Shown piece by piece: positions 13,619 to 23,302 of a DNA stretch of 64,000 nucleotides. Within the stretch, counting starts at the first letter, position 1. Every line of letters begins with the position of its first letter. The notes beneath the pieces are model-generated. The model had not been told where the DNA came from and searched no databases. It worked only from the letters and a program-made list of their open reading frames with translations. The DNA is from an uncultured virus (IMG/VR IMGVR_UViG_3300027969_000080). Its lineage: Duplodnaviria > Heunggongvirae > Uroviricota > Caudoviricetes. The translations under genes were made by a program, and so were the position numbers. The DNA lies in the IMG/VR virus record IMGVR_UViG_3300027969_000080, positions 1 through 64,000 of that record; one strand, given 5' to 3'.

Positions 13619-13827
13619 AAACCAAAGAACAAATCATCACCGATATGTGCTATAGCTATAGACATGATTATGGGCTACGCAAAGATCCTATCGATGACCC
13701 ATCTTGGACAAGTGGAATGACAGAGCAGGATGCCAAAATGCTTTACAAAACGATGGAACAGATATATAATAACAACATTGAACCCCTTATTGAATATTAC
13801 AAAGGAAAACAAAATGTTTCTAAGTGA
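13615..13827 (+). CDS. hypothetical protein
   Basis: ATGA overlap. Confidence 0.6.
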   Translation: MKTKEQIITDMCYSYRHDYGLRKDPIDDPSWTSGMTEQDAKMLYKTMEQIYNNNIEPLIEYYKGKQNVSK

Positions 13828-14338
13828 AATTAACAACGCATATCAACATAAAATCACCGGTGGAGATGGTTATGGTTGGGACTGTTATGGTTCTAACACA
13901 TGGTCTATTGACTATACTAGTAAGTACGCACATGGCTATGTAATCTTTGATACAGTAACTCAAAGAGTTTATGAAGTGAATGTTAGCCCGGCTTTTGGTT
14001 CTTGGGGCACTGATGAACATGAACCAAAGCCCTATCGTTATATTGATCCAGACTATCGTCTATCACATTATACTGAGGCAAAGGATCGTCATGTTGATGC
14101 TGACCAAGCATGGGATGATGTAAAGTGGGTTGACCTAGAAACTGAAGAAGATTTCATCGAAAAGGCAACTAAGATGTTCAATGGTGAAGGTTTTGATACC
14201 CGTATTCAAGTGCCCGTTGAACTAGATGATGATACACTATTGAAACTGACTATGGAAGCACATAAGCGTGATATCACATTGAACAAACTGATTGAGGAAA
14301 TACTACGTGAATTGATTGTCAACGGTCCAGTAGCTTAA
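13814..14338 (+). CDS. hypothetical protein with C-terminal ribbon-helix-helix-like segment
   Basis: AAGGA RBS; IQVPVEL..LLKL..EAHKRDITLNKLIEEIL. Confidence 0.65.
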   Translation: MFLSEINNAYQHKITGGDGYGWDCYGSNTWSIDYTSKYAHGYVIFDTVTQRVYEVNVSPAFGSWGTDEHEPKPYRYIDPDYRLSHYTEAKDRHVDADQAWDDVKWVDLETEEDFIEKATKMFNGEGFDTRIQVPVELDDDTLLKLTMEAHKRDITLNKLIEEILRELIVNGPVA

Positions 14339-14359
14339 CTCGTTATATAGGAGAATATT

Positions 14360-14740
14360 ATGAAAAAACTTTCTGTGGTAATCGTATCATTAGCATTAAG
14401 TGTTAATTCATTCGCTGGTGGCAAAGATGATTGGGTAGCACCATTCATTGTAGGTGGAATAGTTGGGGCAGTTGTTGTCAACAACATGAAACAACAAGAA
14501 CGACCTGTTAATGTAATTCGTGTTGACCCGGGATTTGATTGTCGTAGAGGTGTAGATTATCCTCACCATGCTTGTTATAATCGCCGTGAACCGAATGTGG
14601 CATATCCAGTAGCTAGTTATAGTGCTGCTCCGGTATATTTTAATTCATTCCCATCAGGTACTCCACCGCGTGGTTATCACTTTGAACAAGTTTATTTTGA
14701 GAATTGTAATTGTCTCAAATGGACTATGGCACAAGATTAA
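14360..14740 (+). CDS. secreted/membrane hypothetical protein
   Basis: AGGAG RBS, signal-peptide-like MKKLSVVIVSLALSVNSFA. Confidence 0.7.
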   Translation: MKKLSVVIVSLALSVNSFAGGKDDWVAPFIVGGIVGAVVVNNMKQQERPVNVIRVDPGFDCRRGVDYPHHACYNRREPNVAYPVASYSAAPVYFNSFPSGTPPRGYHFEQVYFENCNCLKWTMAQD

Positions 14741-14741
14741 T

Positions 14742-14930
14742 ATGAATGTACAACAAAGATTGTTTATGTTAACATTGCAACTACGTATTTTATATTTTAT
14801 GGCATCAGTTAAATCAGTTTGGCGTTCACTATATACAACCAGTGTGTGGTCTTATTTGATGTTTCATGGGTCATTGATTATAGCTAGTTTGTTCGGTATG
14901 GTTTTAGTAGTAAGTAACATTTTTAATTAA
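14742..14930 (+). CDS. small membrane protein
   Basis: MNVQQRLF..., hydrophobic, fills the operon gap. Confidence 0.55.
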   Translation: MNVQQRLFMLTLQLRILYFMASVKSVWRSLYTTSVWSYLMFHGSLIIASLFGMVLVVSNIFN

Positions 14931-14938
14931 GGAATAGT

Positions 14939-15463
14939 ATGGGTAAGAAGAAAAGAATTGAATCAAAGATTGAACCTAGCAATCTTGAACCACTGTGGGC
15001 CAAGACAGGTGATAACTCTTGGATAGCAACATTGCAAGAGGATCCAGAGACAGGTGATATGATTCTGCCATTGCCAGAAGATTTAATGGAATCACAAGGC
15101 TTTGAAGTTGGTGATATACTGAAATGGAAAGATAATAAAGACGGGTCTTACAGTATTAGTAAGAAAGTATCCGAAGAGACTGAGTGGGTATTAGTTGAAT
15201 GCGTTAGTACATTCCGTCAACGCTATATGGTTGAAGTTCCCAAAGGTAAAACTCTATGGGCATTGGATACTGTAACAATGGAAGAAGCCAAAGAGTTTAG
15301 CCAAGAACATATTGGTGAACAGATTATCAGTCACCGTACTGTATCTAAGAAGGAAGCATTAGAATTGTGCGACCAAGATAATGCTTACACAAAGTCTTGG
15401 GACAAAGAAACAAAAATGAAAAACTTTTTCACTACATGGGAAGAACAGAATGGAAACGATTGA
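14939..15463 (+). CDS. protein with AbrB/SpoVT-like N-terminal domain
   Basis: GDMILPLPEDLMESQGFEVGDILKW. Confidence 0.6.
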   Translation: MGKKKRIESKIEPSNLEPLWAKTGDNSWIATLQEDPETGDMILPLPEDLMESQGFEVGDILKWKDNKDGSYSISKKVSEETEWVLVECVSTFRQRYMVEVPKGKTLWALDTVTMEEAKEFSQEHIGEQIISHRTVSKKEALELCDQDNAYTKSWDKETKMKNFFTTWEEQNGND

Positions 15464-15776
15464 TGTATTAGAAGTTCCTTATCAGCCCGCTAAAGATTGG
15501 AGTGATAAAGAATGGAATAAGTTTACCAAATGGTTGAATGGTATGCTTAAGGTAAACGAAAATGTTACTGTTACCTTTACCAAACAGGATGGTACTGAAC
15601 GTGTAATGAATTGTACATTAAAGCCAGAACTATTGCCCGAAGCAAAGCCATTGGCTGAAGGTAAAACTCCGCGTAAAGAATCAACCACAAGCATCCGTGT
15701 GTTTGATAATGATTTAAAAGAGTGGCGTAGTTTCACTACAAAAAATGTCACTAGAGTAGAATTCAGTATTCCTTAA
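15450..15776 (+). CDS. WYL_2 / Sm-like SH3 barrel protein
   Basis: VTVTFTKQDGTERVMNCTL...VFD....WRSF. Confidence 0.75.
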   Translation: METIDVLEVPYQPAKDWSDKEWNKFTKWLNGMLKVNENVTVTFTKQDGTERVMNCTLKPELLPEAKPLAEGKTPRKESTTSIRVFDNDLKEWRSFTTKNVTRVEFSIP

Positions 15777-15787
15777 AGGTAAGACAA

Positions 15788-16372
15788 ATGTTTAATATTA
15801 ATTTATATAATCCAGATTTTGTGATTGACTGTTCCAAATTAATAGATAGTAAAGATATCTATTCGGTAATGAGAAATCAAGGGATCGTAAAAGCCTATGT
15901 GTATGGCATGTGTTTTAAACCTGGACCACTAGTAGCACATGATTTTTCTAAAGTTGGAAAAAGTTGCCCAGATTTGGGTGAAAAGAGAGAATACCAAGTT
16001 GGTGAGCGTATTACAAGACAATTAAGTTGGGTTCCGGGTTGGGCCGGCCCACATGTGCGTAGTGACCATGGTGCAGATTTTTGGTTTGGTATTGTTTATG
16101 ATTTGATACCAAAGGGATTGTTACCGGCAACTTTTAACAAGGATGATGTAACAATTGCTGTTTGGGATGTTTCTAAAAGAATGCCTATGGCAGATATTTA
16201 TGGCGGTGAAGAACAAGCAACTGGTTGGGCTGAAGGAGAGTTAGCACATCAATATAAAAATATTTTTGGTAGACTTCCTCATCTTAATAAACAAGACCCT
16301 TCGCAAGGTAAGCACTACAAGAAAGGGTATGTACAAAAATCTATACTAGACCAATTTGTTCAATTTACTTGA
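15788..16372 (+). CDS. hypothetical protein
   Basis: 194-aa ORF with AAGG RBS. Confidence 0.7.
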   Translation: MFNINLYNPDFVIDCSKLIDSKDIYSVMRNQGIVKAYVYGMCFKPGPLVAHDFSKVGKSCPDLGEKREYQVGERITRQLSWVPGWAGPHVRSDHGADFWFGIVYDLIPKGLLPATFNKDDVTIAVWDVSKRMPMADIYGGEEQATGWAEGELAHQYKNIFGRLPHLNKQDPSQGKHYKKGYVQKSILDQFVQFT

Positions 16373-16397
16373 CAATAAATGGGTAGTGTGCTATACT
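16369..16397 (+). promoter_or_regulatory. sigma70-type promoter
   Basis: TTGACA-N17-TATACT. Confidence 0.75.
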
Positions 16398-16404
16398 ATG
16401 GGTT

Positions 16405-16557
16405 ATGAAAAAGCAAACACTCTCATTCGTTATTGAACAGCCCAAACACAGGGCTCACCGTGTGTTGTTTCAGAACAACACACCTTTCAAACCCAAGTCT
16501 GTACAATCCAAACTATTGTACAAGCGCAAACCTAAACATTCCAAACAGGAGTTGTGA
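16405..16557 (+). CDS. 50-aa basic peptide, possibly ArfA-like
   Basis: not in the ORF track; ...VLFQNNTPFKPKSVQSKLLYKRKPKH... Confidence 0.55.
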   Translation: MKKQTLSFVIEQPKHRAHRVLFQNNTPFKPKSVQSKLLYKRKPKHSKQEL

Positions 16558-16558
16558 T

Positions 16559-16762
16559 ATGAATGCACATTTGATTACACTAGACCGCTTACTACAGATA
16601 CACGATTGGCATTATGAGTTTAGTGATGACCACAGAGTCTGGCAGCGTGGCGTGGATCAATGGGATAGTATCAAAAAAGAACAGAAAAGATTGTTTGATT
16701 CGGGGCTAGCCACAGTAGAGGAAGTCCAAAAATTGACTAATAAATACGCCCCCAAATATTGA
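16559..16762 (+). CDS. hypothetical protein
   Basis: AGGAG RBS; HDWHYEFSDDHRVWQRG. Confidence 0.7.
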   Translation: MNAHLITLDRLLQIHDWHYEFSDDHRVWQRGVDQWDSIKKEQKRLFDSGLATVEEVQKLTNKYAPKY

Positions 16763-16787
16763 CAATAAATGGTTCTAGGTGTATAAT
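16759..16787 (+). promoter_or_regulatory. sigma70-type promoter
   Basis: TTGACA-N17-TATAAT. Confidence 0.8.
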
Positions 16788-16816
16788 ACTCGTATTAACA
16801 TATAAAGGAAATCAAA

Positions 16817-17065
16817 ATGAATTTGAAACTAAAAGCGGCACTATATACCGCAGGTCTTGTCGTAACAATAGTTGGTGCCAGTTTACTGGTTAGTTATATC
16901 GCTAGCATAATGACCGCAACACAGGCTGTATACATACTTGGTGTATTTTGTATTAGTGGATTGGTATACACAATGTATGGAGTTATGCTGGCCCGTATGG
17001 AATACAACGAAAGTTTGAACGAAAGTTTGAAACGGATGAATGAGAAATCGGTTGACATTAAATGA
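16817..17065 (+). CDS. membrane protein
   Basis: AAGGA RBS, two hydrophobic helices. Confidence 0.7.
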   Translation: MNLKLKAALYTAGLVVTIVGASLLVSYIASIMTATQAVYILGVFCISGLVYTMYGVMLARMEYNESLNESLKRMNEKSVDIK

Positions 17066-17098
17066 GTTTGGGTATATAATAGAGTCTTAATCAGTTAA
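17050..17098 (+). repeat. duplicated promoter/leader cassette, copy 1
   Basis: near-identical to 17770-17818; contains TTGACA-N17-TATAAT. Confidence 0.85.
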
Positions 17099-17112
17099 CT
17101 AAAGGAGTTTTT

Positions 17113-17391
17113 ATGACTGACATTTCTGAAATCAATCGTGCTATCATCTCTGGCAATTTTACTAATGACCAACTGACTAGCATCATTGATGCCGTCAAGT
17201 TTGCCCGTGCCCAGATCGCACAACAAAACAAGTACACCTTGACTGTCGGCACTAAAGTGAAATTCACTAATAGCCGTAGCGGTATGGTAATCATAGGCGA
17301 TGTGCAAAAAATCAATCGCAAGTTTGTTATCGTCAAGACTGGTCCATTGAACACATGGCGTGTTCCGGCTAACATGTTGTCTGCTGCTTAA
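17113..17391 (+). CDS. hypothetical protein (SH3/KOW-like C-terminus)
   Basis: AAGGAG RBS; LTVGTKVKF..G.V.KINRK..V..WRVPANML. Confidence 0.75.
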   Translation: MTDISEINRAIISGNFTNDQLTSIIDAVKFARAQIAQQNKYTLTVGTKVKFTNSRSGMVIIGDVQKINRKFVIVKTGPLNTWRVPANMLSAA

Positions 17392-17401
17392 GGAGTAAAT
17401 C

Positions 17402-17617
17402 ATGGATAAAGTTTTTGTTGTAGTAGGTGCCGCAATCGTAGGTATTGCTGGTATTGTATTTCTTAGTTTTCTATTGAGTTGGCCCGTGATGTGGCTCTGG
17501 AATAACGCACTAGTTGGAGCCGTTGTCGGTGTCAACGAAGTGTCTTGGGTCCAAGCATGGGGTATTTCGGTCTTGTTTGGGTTGTTGTTTAAATCTAATG
17601 TGAGCACCTCAAAATGA
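17402..17617 (+). CDS. membrane protein
   Basis: AAGGAG RBS; MWLWN..SWVQAWGI. Confidence 0.7.
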   Translation: MDKVFVVVGAAIVGIAGIVFLSFLLSWPVMWLWNNALVGAVVGVNEVSWVQAWGISVLFGLLFKSNVSTSK

Positions 17618-17775
17618 GCAAGATGGCTGAACTATATTACGACATTGAACTGATGCTAGAGCAGGGTGATCACCCTACTAAAATCTCTAAGATGCTGGAA
17701 ATCCCTCTAGGAATGGTCTATGATGTACTAGAATCTTTCCCTGACCCTGATCAAGAATTGAGTACCGAAGGTTGA
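17614..17775 (+). CDS. small HTH-like protein (53 aa)
   Basis: ATGA overlap; LEQGDHPTKISKMLEIPLGMVY. Confidence 0.55.
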   Translation: MSKMAELYYDIELMLEQGDHPTKISKMLEIPLGMVYDVLESFPDPDQELSTEG

Positions 17776-17818
17776 CATTAAATGGTTTTGGGTATATAAT
17801 AGAGTCTTAATCAGTTAA
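17770..17818 (+). repeat. duplicated promoter/leader cassette, copy 2
   Basis: near-identical to 17050-17098. Confidence 0.85.
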
Positions 17819-17834
17819 TTACAGGAGTTAGTAA

Positions 17835-18248
17835 ATGGCTTATATGTGTCAAGCAAAGAAAGCAAAAATCGCCCCTAAAATCAAGGCTATTCTTGCTAAG
17901 TATAAGGTCAAAGGTTCGCTTGCTGTACGCAATCATTCCACCTTGGTATTGAATCTCAAGTCGGGTTCCATCGACTTCATCGCAAACTCCAATAAGGTTT
18001 GCACTAATAATTTCTACCAAATGGCTCGTGGTTTCATCCCCAACACTAGCGGCTACGATCAGGTCAACCCCTATCACTTCAAAGACCATTATGATGGCGT
18101 GGCTCTGGATTTTATGCGTGAAGTGTTTCATGCAATGAATGATGGCAACTGGGACAAGAGCGACATTCAATCCGACTACTTCAACGTGGGTTGGTACGTT
18201 GATGTTAACGTGGGCAAGTGGGACAAAAATTACATTGTTGAGGCTTAA
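17835..18248 (+). CDS. hypothetical phage protein
   Basis: AGGAG RBS; DKSDIQSDYFNVGWY. Confidence 0.75.
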   Translation: MAYMCQAKKAKIAPKIKAILAKYKVKGSLAVRNHSTLVLNLKSGSIDFIANSNKVCTNNFYQMARGFIPNTSGYDQVNPYHFKDHYDGVALDFMREVFHAMNDGNWDKSDIQSDYFNVGWYVDVNVGKWDKNYIVEA

Positions 18249-18249
18249 T

Positions 18250-18501
18250 ATGAAAATTGATTCTAAACAAATGAAGTTTTTTGAGTTCCTCATGTCCTTG
18301 AATAAAGAACAATTGCGAAAATATTTTCTTATGCTTGGACCTGAGGAATCAGAATATGTTAGCCAACTTGCAATACGAATCGGAAATCAAATGAAAATTG
18401 ATTTGAATTTAGAACTTGCTGAAATGCTTGATGGTGTTGAGGACCATGAGGAAGCAAGAAATCTCCTTAGTTACTTTACTCTTTCGGGTAAAGTGAAATG
18501 A
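18250..18501 (+). CDS. hypothetical protein
   Basis: start MKIDSK directly after the upstream stop. Confidence 0.6.
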   Translation: MKIDSKQMKFFEFLMSLNKEQLRKYFLMLGPEESEYVSQLAIRIGNQMKIDLNLELAEMLDGVEDHEEARNLLSYFTLSGKVK

Positions 18502-18610
18502 TTTTGGTAACACAAATGGTTGACAACAAGTCCATTCTGTGTTATCATTATACTAGTGCTGAGTAATATCAGTACATTTTTAAACTTAGCTTTATCTTAA
18601 AGGAAACAAA

Positions 18611-19003
18611 ATGGCTAAACAAACTTTTAAAGTCGCTGGTATGACTACTAACAATGGTAATACTAAGGTTCGTTTTACTGATGATATGGTTCGCCGTATC
18701 AAGCAGTTTACAAAAGGTGGACACACTCGTGTTGACTTTGTGGACTTGCCCAGTGAGATGACTAAAATTGAGGCTCTCAATTTTCTAGCTGCTCATGCAG
18801 ACTTCCAATCACCCGCAGATCAGGCAACTATTGCTGATACTCTTGCTGACAAAACAAAGGAAGCAAACAAGGGTACTGTAAAAGTCAAGGTCGCAAAGAC
18901 CAAGGCTAAAGCAAAGCCTAGCATTGATGCTATCAAGGCTCGTGCTAAGAAAGAAGTTTCGGTAGAACAAGTTCTTGCCGAAGCAGGCGTTACTACACAG
19001 TAA
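18611..19003 (+). CDS. hypothetical protein with Lys/Ala-rich C-terminus
   Basis: AAGGA RBS; promoter-like TTGACA-N17-TATCAT at 18520. Confidence 0.75.
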   Translation: MAKQTFKVAGMTTNNGNTKVRFTDDMVRRIKQFTKGGHTRVDFVDLPSEMTKIEALNFLAAHADFQSPADQATIADTLADKTKEANKGTVKVKVAKTKAKAKPSIDAIKARAKKEVSVEQVLAEAGVTTQ

Positions 19004-19047
19004 TGCAAAGAGGGGCTATATGCCCCTACTTATAACAAAGGAAAAAT

Positions 19048-19236
19048 ATGAAACTCTCTGATAAACTTGCAAAATGCAATGACAGCCTAACTGTCAATAT
19101 GTATGACAACGGCTTTATGGTTGAAGTGTCTGGACAAAACTCCGAAAGTGATTGGAAATCTGTTAAGATTATGTGCCAAACATTGGACGAAGTCTATGCT
19201 GTAATCGCTGACGCCTCTAAAATGGAACGCAATTAA
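19048..19236 (+). CDS. hypothetical protein
   Basis: AAGGA RBS. Confidence 0.65.
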   Translation: MKLSDKLAKCNDSLTVNMYDNGFMVEVSGQNSESDWKSVKIMCQTLDEVYAVIADASKMERN

Positions 19237-19246
19237 GGATTAATAT

Positions 19247-19459
19247 ATGGCAGTACTTGATACATACACACGGACCTACAACCCACGTAGGACTTTTAAC
19301 CCTGCAAGTATGCAAGACTTGCGTGAATTGAAACACTTTGTTGAACATCATTCATGGAAAGAAGCCTGTCCGTTTGAACTGGAAGAACCCTTCTTGGAAA
19401 TTCCAGCAATGTGTATGTCAAGATACACTGAATATATGTTAACAAAACTTAAAGCATAA
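19247..19459 (+). CDS. hypothetical protein
   Basis: AAGGA RBS; CPFELE motif. Confidence 0.65.
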   Translation: MAVLDTYTRTYNPRRTFNPASMQDLRELKHFVEHHSWKEACPFELEEPFLEIPAMCMSRYTEYMLTKLKA

Positions 19460-19483
19460 AAAGCCCCGAAAGGGGCTTTTTTA
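19458..19483. terminator. bidirectional terminator at the early/late convergence
   Basis: AAAAAGCCCC-GAAA-GGGGCTTTTTT. Confidence 0.9.
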
Positions 19484-20380
19484 TTAACTCAATATTTCAA
19501 CCCACTTGTCAATCACATATTTCCAATCATATGATTGTGCGTGATGTTGTATCTCTAAACATCTTTGGCGATATTTTTCTGGATTATTTTTATAGTAACT
19601 TAGTAACTCTACGGTCTGTTCTATAAATTCATGTTCTTCAATAGGAACAAAATGAGCACCAATATTTCCTACTCTAGTGTAGTGTCCAACTGGTGTACTT
19701 ATAACTAATTTGCCAGCAGCGCCTGCTTCTAATAAAGGTAGTCCTGCTCCTTCTTCTGTGCTAGCAACTAGTACTGCATCTACCCTTTTATAAAACCCTG
19801 GCATAGTGATAAACGAATGATGATATGAACCAGCAGGGCTGATTTCTAATCCTGCTCGTTGTGTAGCAATCTCTAACAACCATGGTCGTTTAATCTTTTG
19901 ATGAACACCCACATCACCTAATTTCATACATCCAACCGTACGTAATGAATCATTTGGCTTACTATAAAAACTGTTAGTGTTAATACCTAATGGTGTAACA
20001 AACGCAGGTCTAGTAACACCTAACTGTGTACTGACTTCACTTAGCCATTCACTAACGGCTCCATATTTATGAAACTTGTCAAAGTCATCACGACCATGCA
20101 TCTCAATCAATTCATCCATGTCTAATTTTGAATGACTGATAACTACACATTGTCTTGCGTCAAATATTTTATAGTTATACCCTAATAATCTCCATCCATG
20201 TGGAGTAGTGACAAACAAGTCAGTAGTATCGATTAACTCTTGCATCTCTGCTAAACTATAACTTTGATTCCAAGGTAGCAATTGACAATTAAATCCATAT
20301 CCCCAAAGATACTTTGCTAGTTCATAGTGAATGGTTCCAAATGCCCATGTGGGTTCCATATAAAATACTATTTTTTTCAT
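19484..20380 (-). CDS. GT-B (GT4-like) glycosyltransferase
   Basis: AVSEW, EEGAGLPLLEAGAAGKLVISTPVG, YDWKYV. Confidence 0.85.
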   Translation of the reverse strand: MKKIVFYMEPTWAFGTIHYELAKYLWGYGFNCQLLPWNQSYSLAEMQELIDTTDLFVTTPHGWRLLGYNYKIFDARQCVVISHSKLDMDELIEMHGRDDFDKFHKYGAVSEWLSEVSTQLGVTRPAFVTPLGINTNSFYSKPNDSLRTVGCMKLGDVGVHQKIKRPWLLEIATQRAGLEISPAGSYHHSFITMPGFYKRVDAVLVASTEEGAGLPLLEAGAAGKLVISTPVGHYTRVGNIGAHFVPIEEHEFIEQTVELLSYYKNNPEKYRQRCLEIQHHAQSYDWKYVIDKWVEILS

Positions 20381-21210
20381 ATTGAGTCGTAGTTAATTAT
20401 TTCTCTAGTGTCCGTGTTTATAACAATTCCATCATAGTTTAAAAACTTCTTAAGTATATTTCTAAAGTGATTAAACTCAAGATTGTTTATTGATATCACA
20501 TCAAATGCAAAATATTCCTGTGTGACTAGATAGGCATTAAAATTACTTGCTATGACTTTCTTTTCAAACAATGAAGGTAACTTGTCTATATTAATAAACT
20601 CAGTATCTTTACTTAAGGCAGGAAGATAGAATAGATTTTTTATTTTTGGTAATTCAAATTTACCCCACCAATAAGCATACGTAGCCCAGAACTCACAATT
20701 ATTTCTATACTCTAAATCAAACAAGTAAGGATCTACTATCTGCTTGACGTATGTTGAATTGAACCAATAGAAGTTACCTTTGAAGTGCCAGTGCCACATA
20801 GAACCAACTAAATCAGCTCCTTGTTCTAAATGATATAAACAAGTATTGCTATTATCAACTACACCGTACATCATTAATGTTGCCCAACGTAATCCATTTT
20901 CAAATTCTAGTGTATCTGTCTTACTAGAGCCTTTGCAATGTAGATATAGTCCATAGAAGTCTGACTCGTTACTATCTTGCCACAATTTTCTTATTGCAGG
21001 GAATTCATAGTGTGATGCAGTAAAGCCACTATTGACATATTCAATGTCTAATCCATCTAAGAAATCATATGGTGTCCAATCAACTGAATGAACTATGATT
21101 ATTTTCTCGTTGTGTAGATTACTAGCTTTTAGTTTACCGATGATATGAAACAGACTGGCTTTAGTATTCGGTAACTCGTTACACGAAATGTAAATGCGAA
21201 TCGGTTTCAT
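20377..21210 (-). CDS. putative glycosyltransferase-like protein
   Basis: YEFPAI..LYLHCKG..HFKGNFYW motif pattern; coupled within the GT cassette. Confidence 0.55.
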   Translation of the reverse strand: MKPIRIYISCNELPNTKASLFHIIGKLKASNLHNEKIIIVHSVDWTPYDFLDGLDIEYVNSGFTASHYEFPAIRKLWQDSNESDFYGLYLHCKGSSKTDTLEFENGLRWATLMMYGVVDNSNTCLYHLEQGADLVGSMWHWHFKGNFYWFNSTYVKQIVDPYLFDLEYRNNCEFWATYAYWWGKFELPKIKNLFYLPALSKDTEFINIDKLPSLFEKKVIASNFNAYLVTQEYFAFDVISINNLEFNHFRNILKKFLNYDGIVINTDTREIINYDSI

Positions 21211-21211
21211 A

Positions 21212-21781
21212 TCATTGTTTGAATACGCCATAGTATGCTTTGCCATAGCAACCAGATTCACGCAATGTCACTGTGCCTGAGCCTGGTAATGCAATGATAT
21301 CATCTAGCATAACTTTTGTTAACTCAAATGGATGTCCATCATGCGGTGGAATATCAATCCATTCAAATAGTCTAAGTACAGGTGCAGCATGTTTAGCATT
21401 GTTGATAATGCGTTCTACGCTTTCAACGTGTTGTAGACAGTTATAAATCCAAACTTCATCGTATCCTTCTTCATCAACTAGTTCACCTGGTTGAACATTA
21501 ACACTAATGTTATGTCCAGCATAGCGTAGTTTAGTCCATTCAGGATAATCAATTGGATCACATACTTTACCTTCAGCTAGATTCTTACACTTGAGTAGCA
21601 TAGAACTAGGGCCACCACCTATATCAAGTATGCGTTTGTTTTGTGCATCAAACGAATAACCTATGCGCGGTATTTCCATAAACTTAGCATATACATAATG
21701 CTTCTGATCCTCATCAAAAGTATTAGCGCAATTGCCCCAATACTCTATTTCAAATTTGTGGTCGTCTTGATGGTCGCTCAT
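21212..21781 (-). CDS. class I SAM-dependent methyltransferase
   Basis: [21 protein letters not shown]. Confidence 0.85.
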   Translation of the reverse strand: MSDHQDDHKFEIEYWGNCANTFDEDQKHYVYAKFMEIPRIGYSFDAQNKRILDIGGGPSSMLLKCKNLAEGKVCDPIDYPEWTKLRYAGHNISVNVQPGELVDEEGYDEVWIYNCLQHVESVERIINNAKHAAPVLRLFEWIDIPPHDGHPFELTKVMLDDIIALPGSGTVTLRESGCYGKAYYGVFKQ

Positions 21782-22896
21782 GTTGGTAACACTTTCTTCA
21801 GCCAATTCATATCTGTTCTATCTTCATGCATTTGATACCAGCCTTTTCCAGTATGTACATCTAATACCATTTGGAAGTATTCTTCATACATAGGTGCAAC
21901 ACGTTCTAGTGTATAGTTTTCACCAAACTTTCTGCAATTCTTTGGATCAATATTGTGAATGTTTTTTGCTGCCCATACAAACTGGTCGAATGTATGACAA
22001 CGATAGCCTGTGTATCCATGGACATTGTTCTCGGTGAAGCTACCCCAATCAGTTGTGATTGTAGGAGTTCCACTTAACAATAATTCAACTTGTACGCCGC
22101 CAAATGGCTCTATGTACATACTTGGAACAAACGCAGCTTTAGCGTTACTCATTAAGTCTTTGCGTTTAGCAACATCAGCATAACCTGCAAACTCTACATG
22201 AGGAGGGAATGTTAAGTTTTCTGGATTCTGCCCTGCAATGATTAGTTTAGCACCAATAGCTTCTGTTGCTTGTATCGCTACTTGAATTCCTTTGCCATTG
22301 TATACACGACCTAAGAACAAGAAGTAATCTTGCTTTTGTTCTTTGAACTCAAAGTCATCTGCATCAAAGTAGTTTGGAATAACAGCATCATACCAATCTT
22401 GTTTACAAGTACCAACTGCATCTAGACCATAGTATGCATGATAGATAGCGTAACTTTCAAATATCTTCCATCGTGCCCAATGTCCACCTGCATAACCGAT
22501 GCCGGGTTCTACAACAATCATATCAGGATGTGCATCACAGATTGGTCTTACACCTGAACCCCAGAAAGGTAATATGAAGTCATTTGGTTGTTTACGTTTG
22601 CCAACTTCTCTGATAGCATTTGCATAGAATGTTTGATACGCATGGTCGTCTGTGCTGAATTTGAAAAAGTTTTTACGCCAATCATAATCGCCGTAAGCTA
22701 TTTTCCAGTCTTCATTAGTGATTACGGTAACATGTTCATCGCAAACTAAATCGCTATCTTCATGACCATAATGAATGATTGTGTGCCCACGGGCCTTCAT
22801 CATTTTGCCGAATTTTACAACTTTTTGAGTGTAGGCGCAAGCGTTGTATTCTTTACTTGTTACCGTGTGAGGGAGGCCTAGTATGTGAAATCTCAT
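21778..22896 (-). CDS. GT4-family glycosyltransferase
   Basis: [32 protein letters not shown]. Confidence 0.9.
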   Translation of the reverse strand: MRFHILGLPHTVTSKEYNACAYTQKVVKFGKMMKARGHTIIHYGHEDSDLVCDEHVTVITNEDWKIAYGDYDWRKNFFKFSTDDHAYQTFYANAIREVGKRKQPNDFILPFWGSGVRPICDAHPDMIVVEPGIGYAGGHWARWKIFESYAIYHAYYGLDAVGTCKQDWYDAVIPNYFDADDFEFKEQKQDYFLFLGRVYNGKGIQVAIQATEAIGAKLIIAGQNPENLTFPPHVEFAGYADVAKRKDLMSNAKAAFVPSMYIEPFGGVQVELLLSGTPTITTDWGSFTENNVHGYTGYRCHTFDQFVWAAKNIHNIDPKNCRKFGENYTLERVAPMYEEYFQMVLDVHTGKGWYQMHEDRTDMNWLKKVLPT

Positions 22897-22938
22897 AGAG
22901 ATATTTAATACAGGCCTTGTGTTGCCGAAAAATAATTA

Positions 22939-23259
22939 TTAAACTGATGTTAATGTAATTGGGAATATATTGCCAGTTTTGTTCCCAACCCAGAAAATAT
23001 CAATATATCCGCCGCCCGGATAAGGATCCCAGGCATCAATAGTTGATGTAGTATTGTCCTGAAAAGTAATTATACTGCCTACCGGAAAGTTGCTAATAAC
23101 TGTGGGACTATATGGTATTCCTGCTGATACAGCAGACCAACCAGTTAACCCCCCGGTGTCGTTTAGTGGAATGACTAATACACTTGTGGTGCGTACACTT
23201 ATCCCTCCACCCATTTCTATTCCTGGTCCGATTGTTAAATGAGATACTGGTGCTGACAT
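22939..23259 (-). CDS. putative virion accessory protein
   Basis: shares the IGPGI.xGGGIS N-terminal motif with its neighbour. Confidence 0.65.
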   Translation of the reverse strand: MSAPVSHLTIGPGIEMGGGISVRTTSVLVIPLNDTGGLTGWSAVSAGIPYSPTVISNFPVGSIITFQDNTTSTIDAWDPYPGGGYIDIFWVGNKTGNIFPITLTSV

Positions 23260-23302
23260 ATTCTTATTCCTTAAATTATAATGTTGTTTTGATATTCAAA
23301 AT

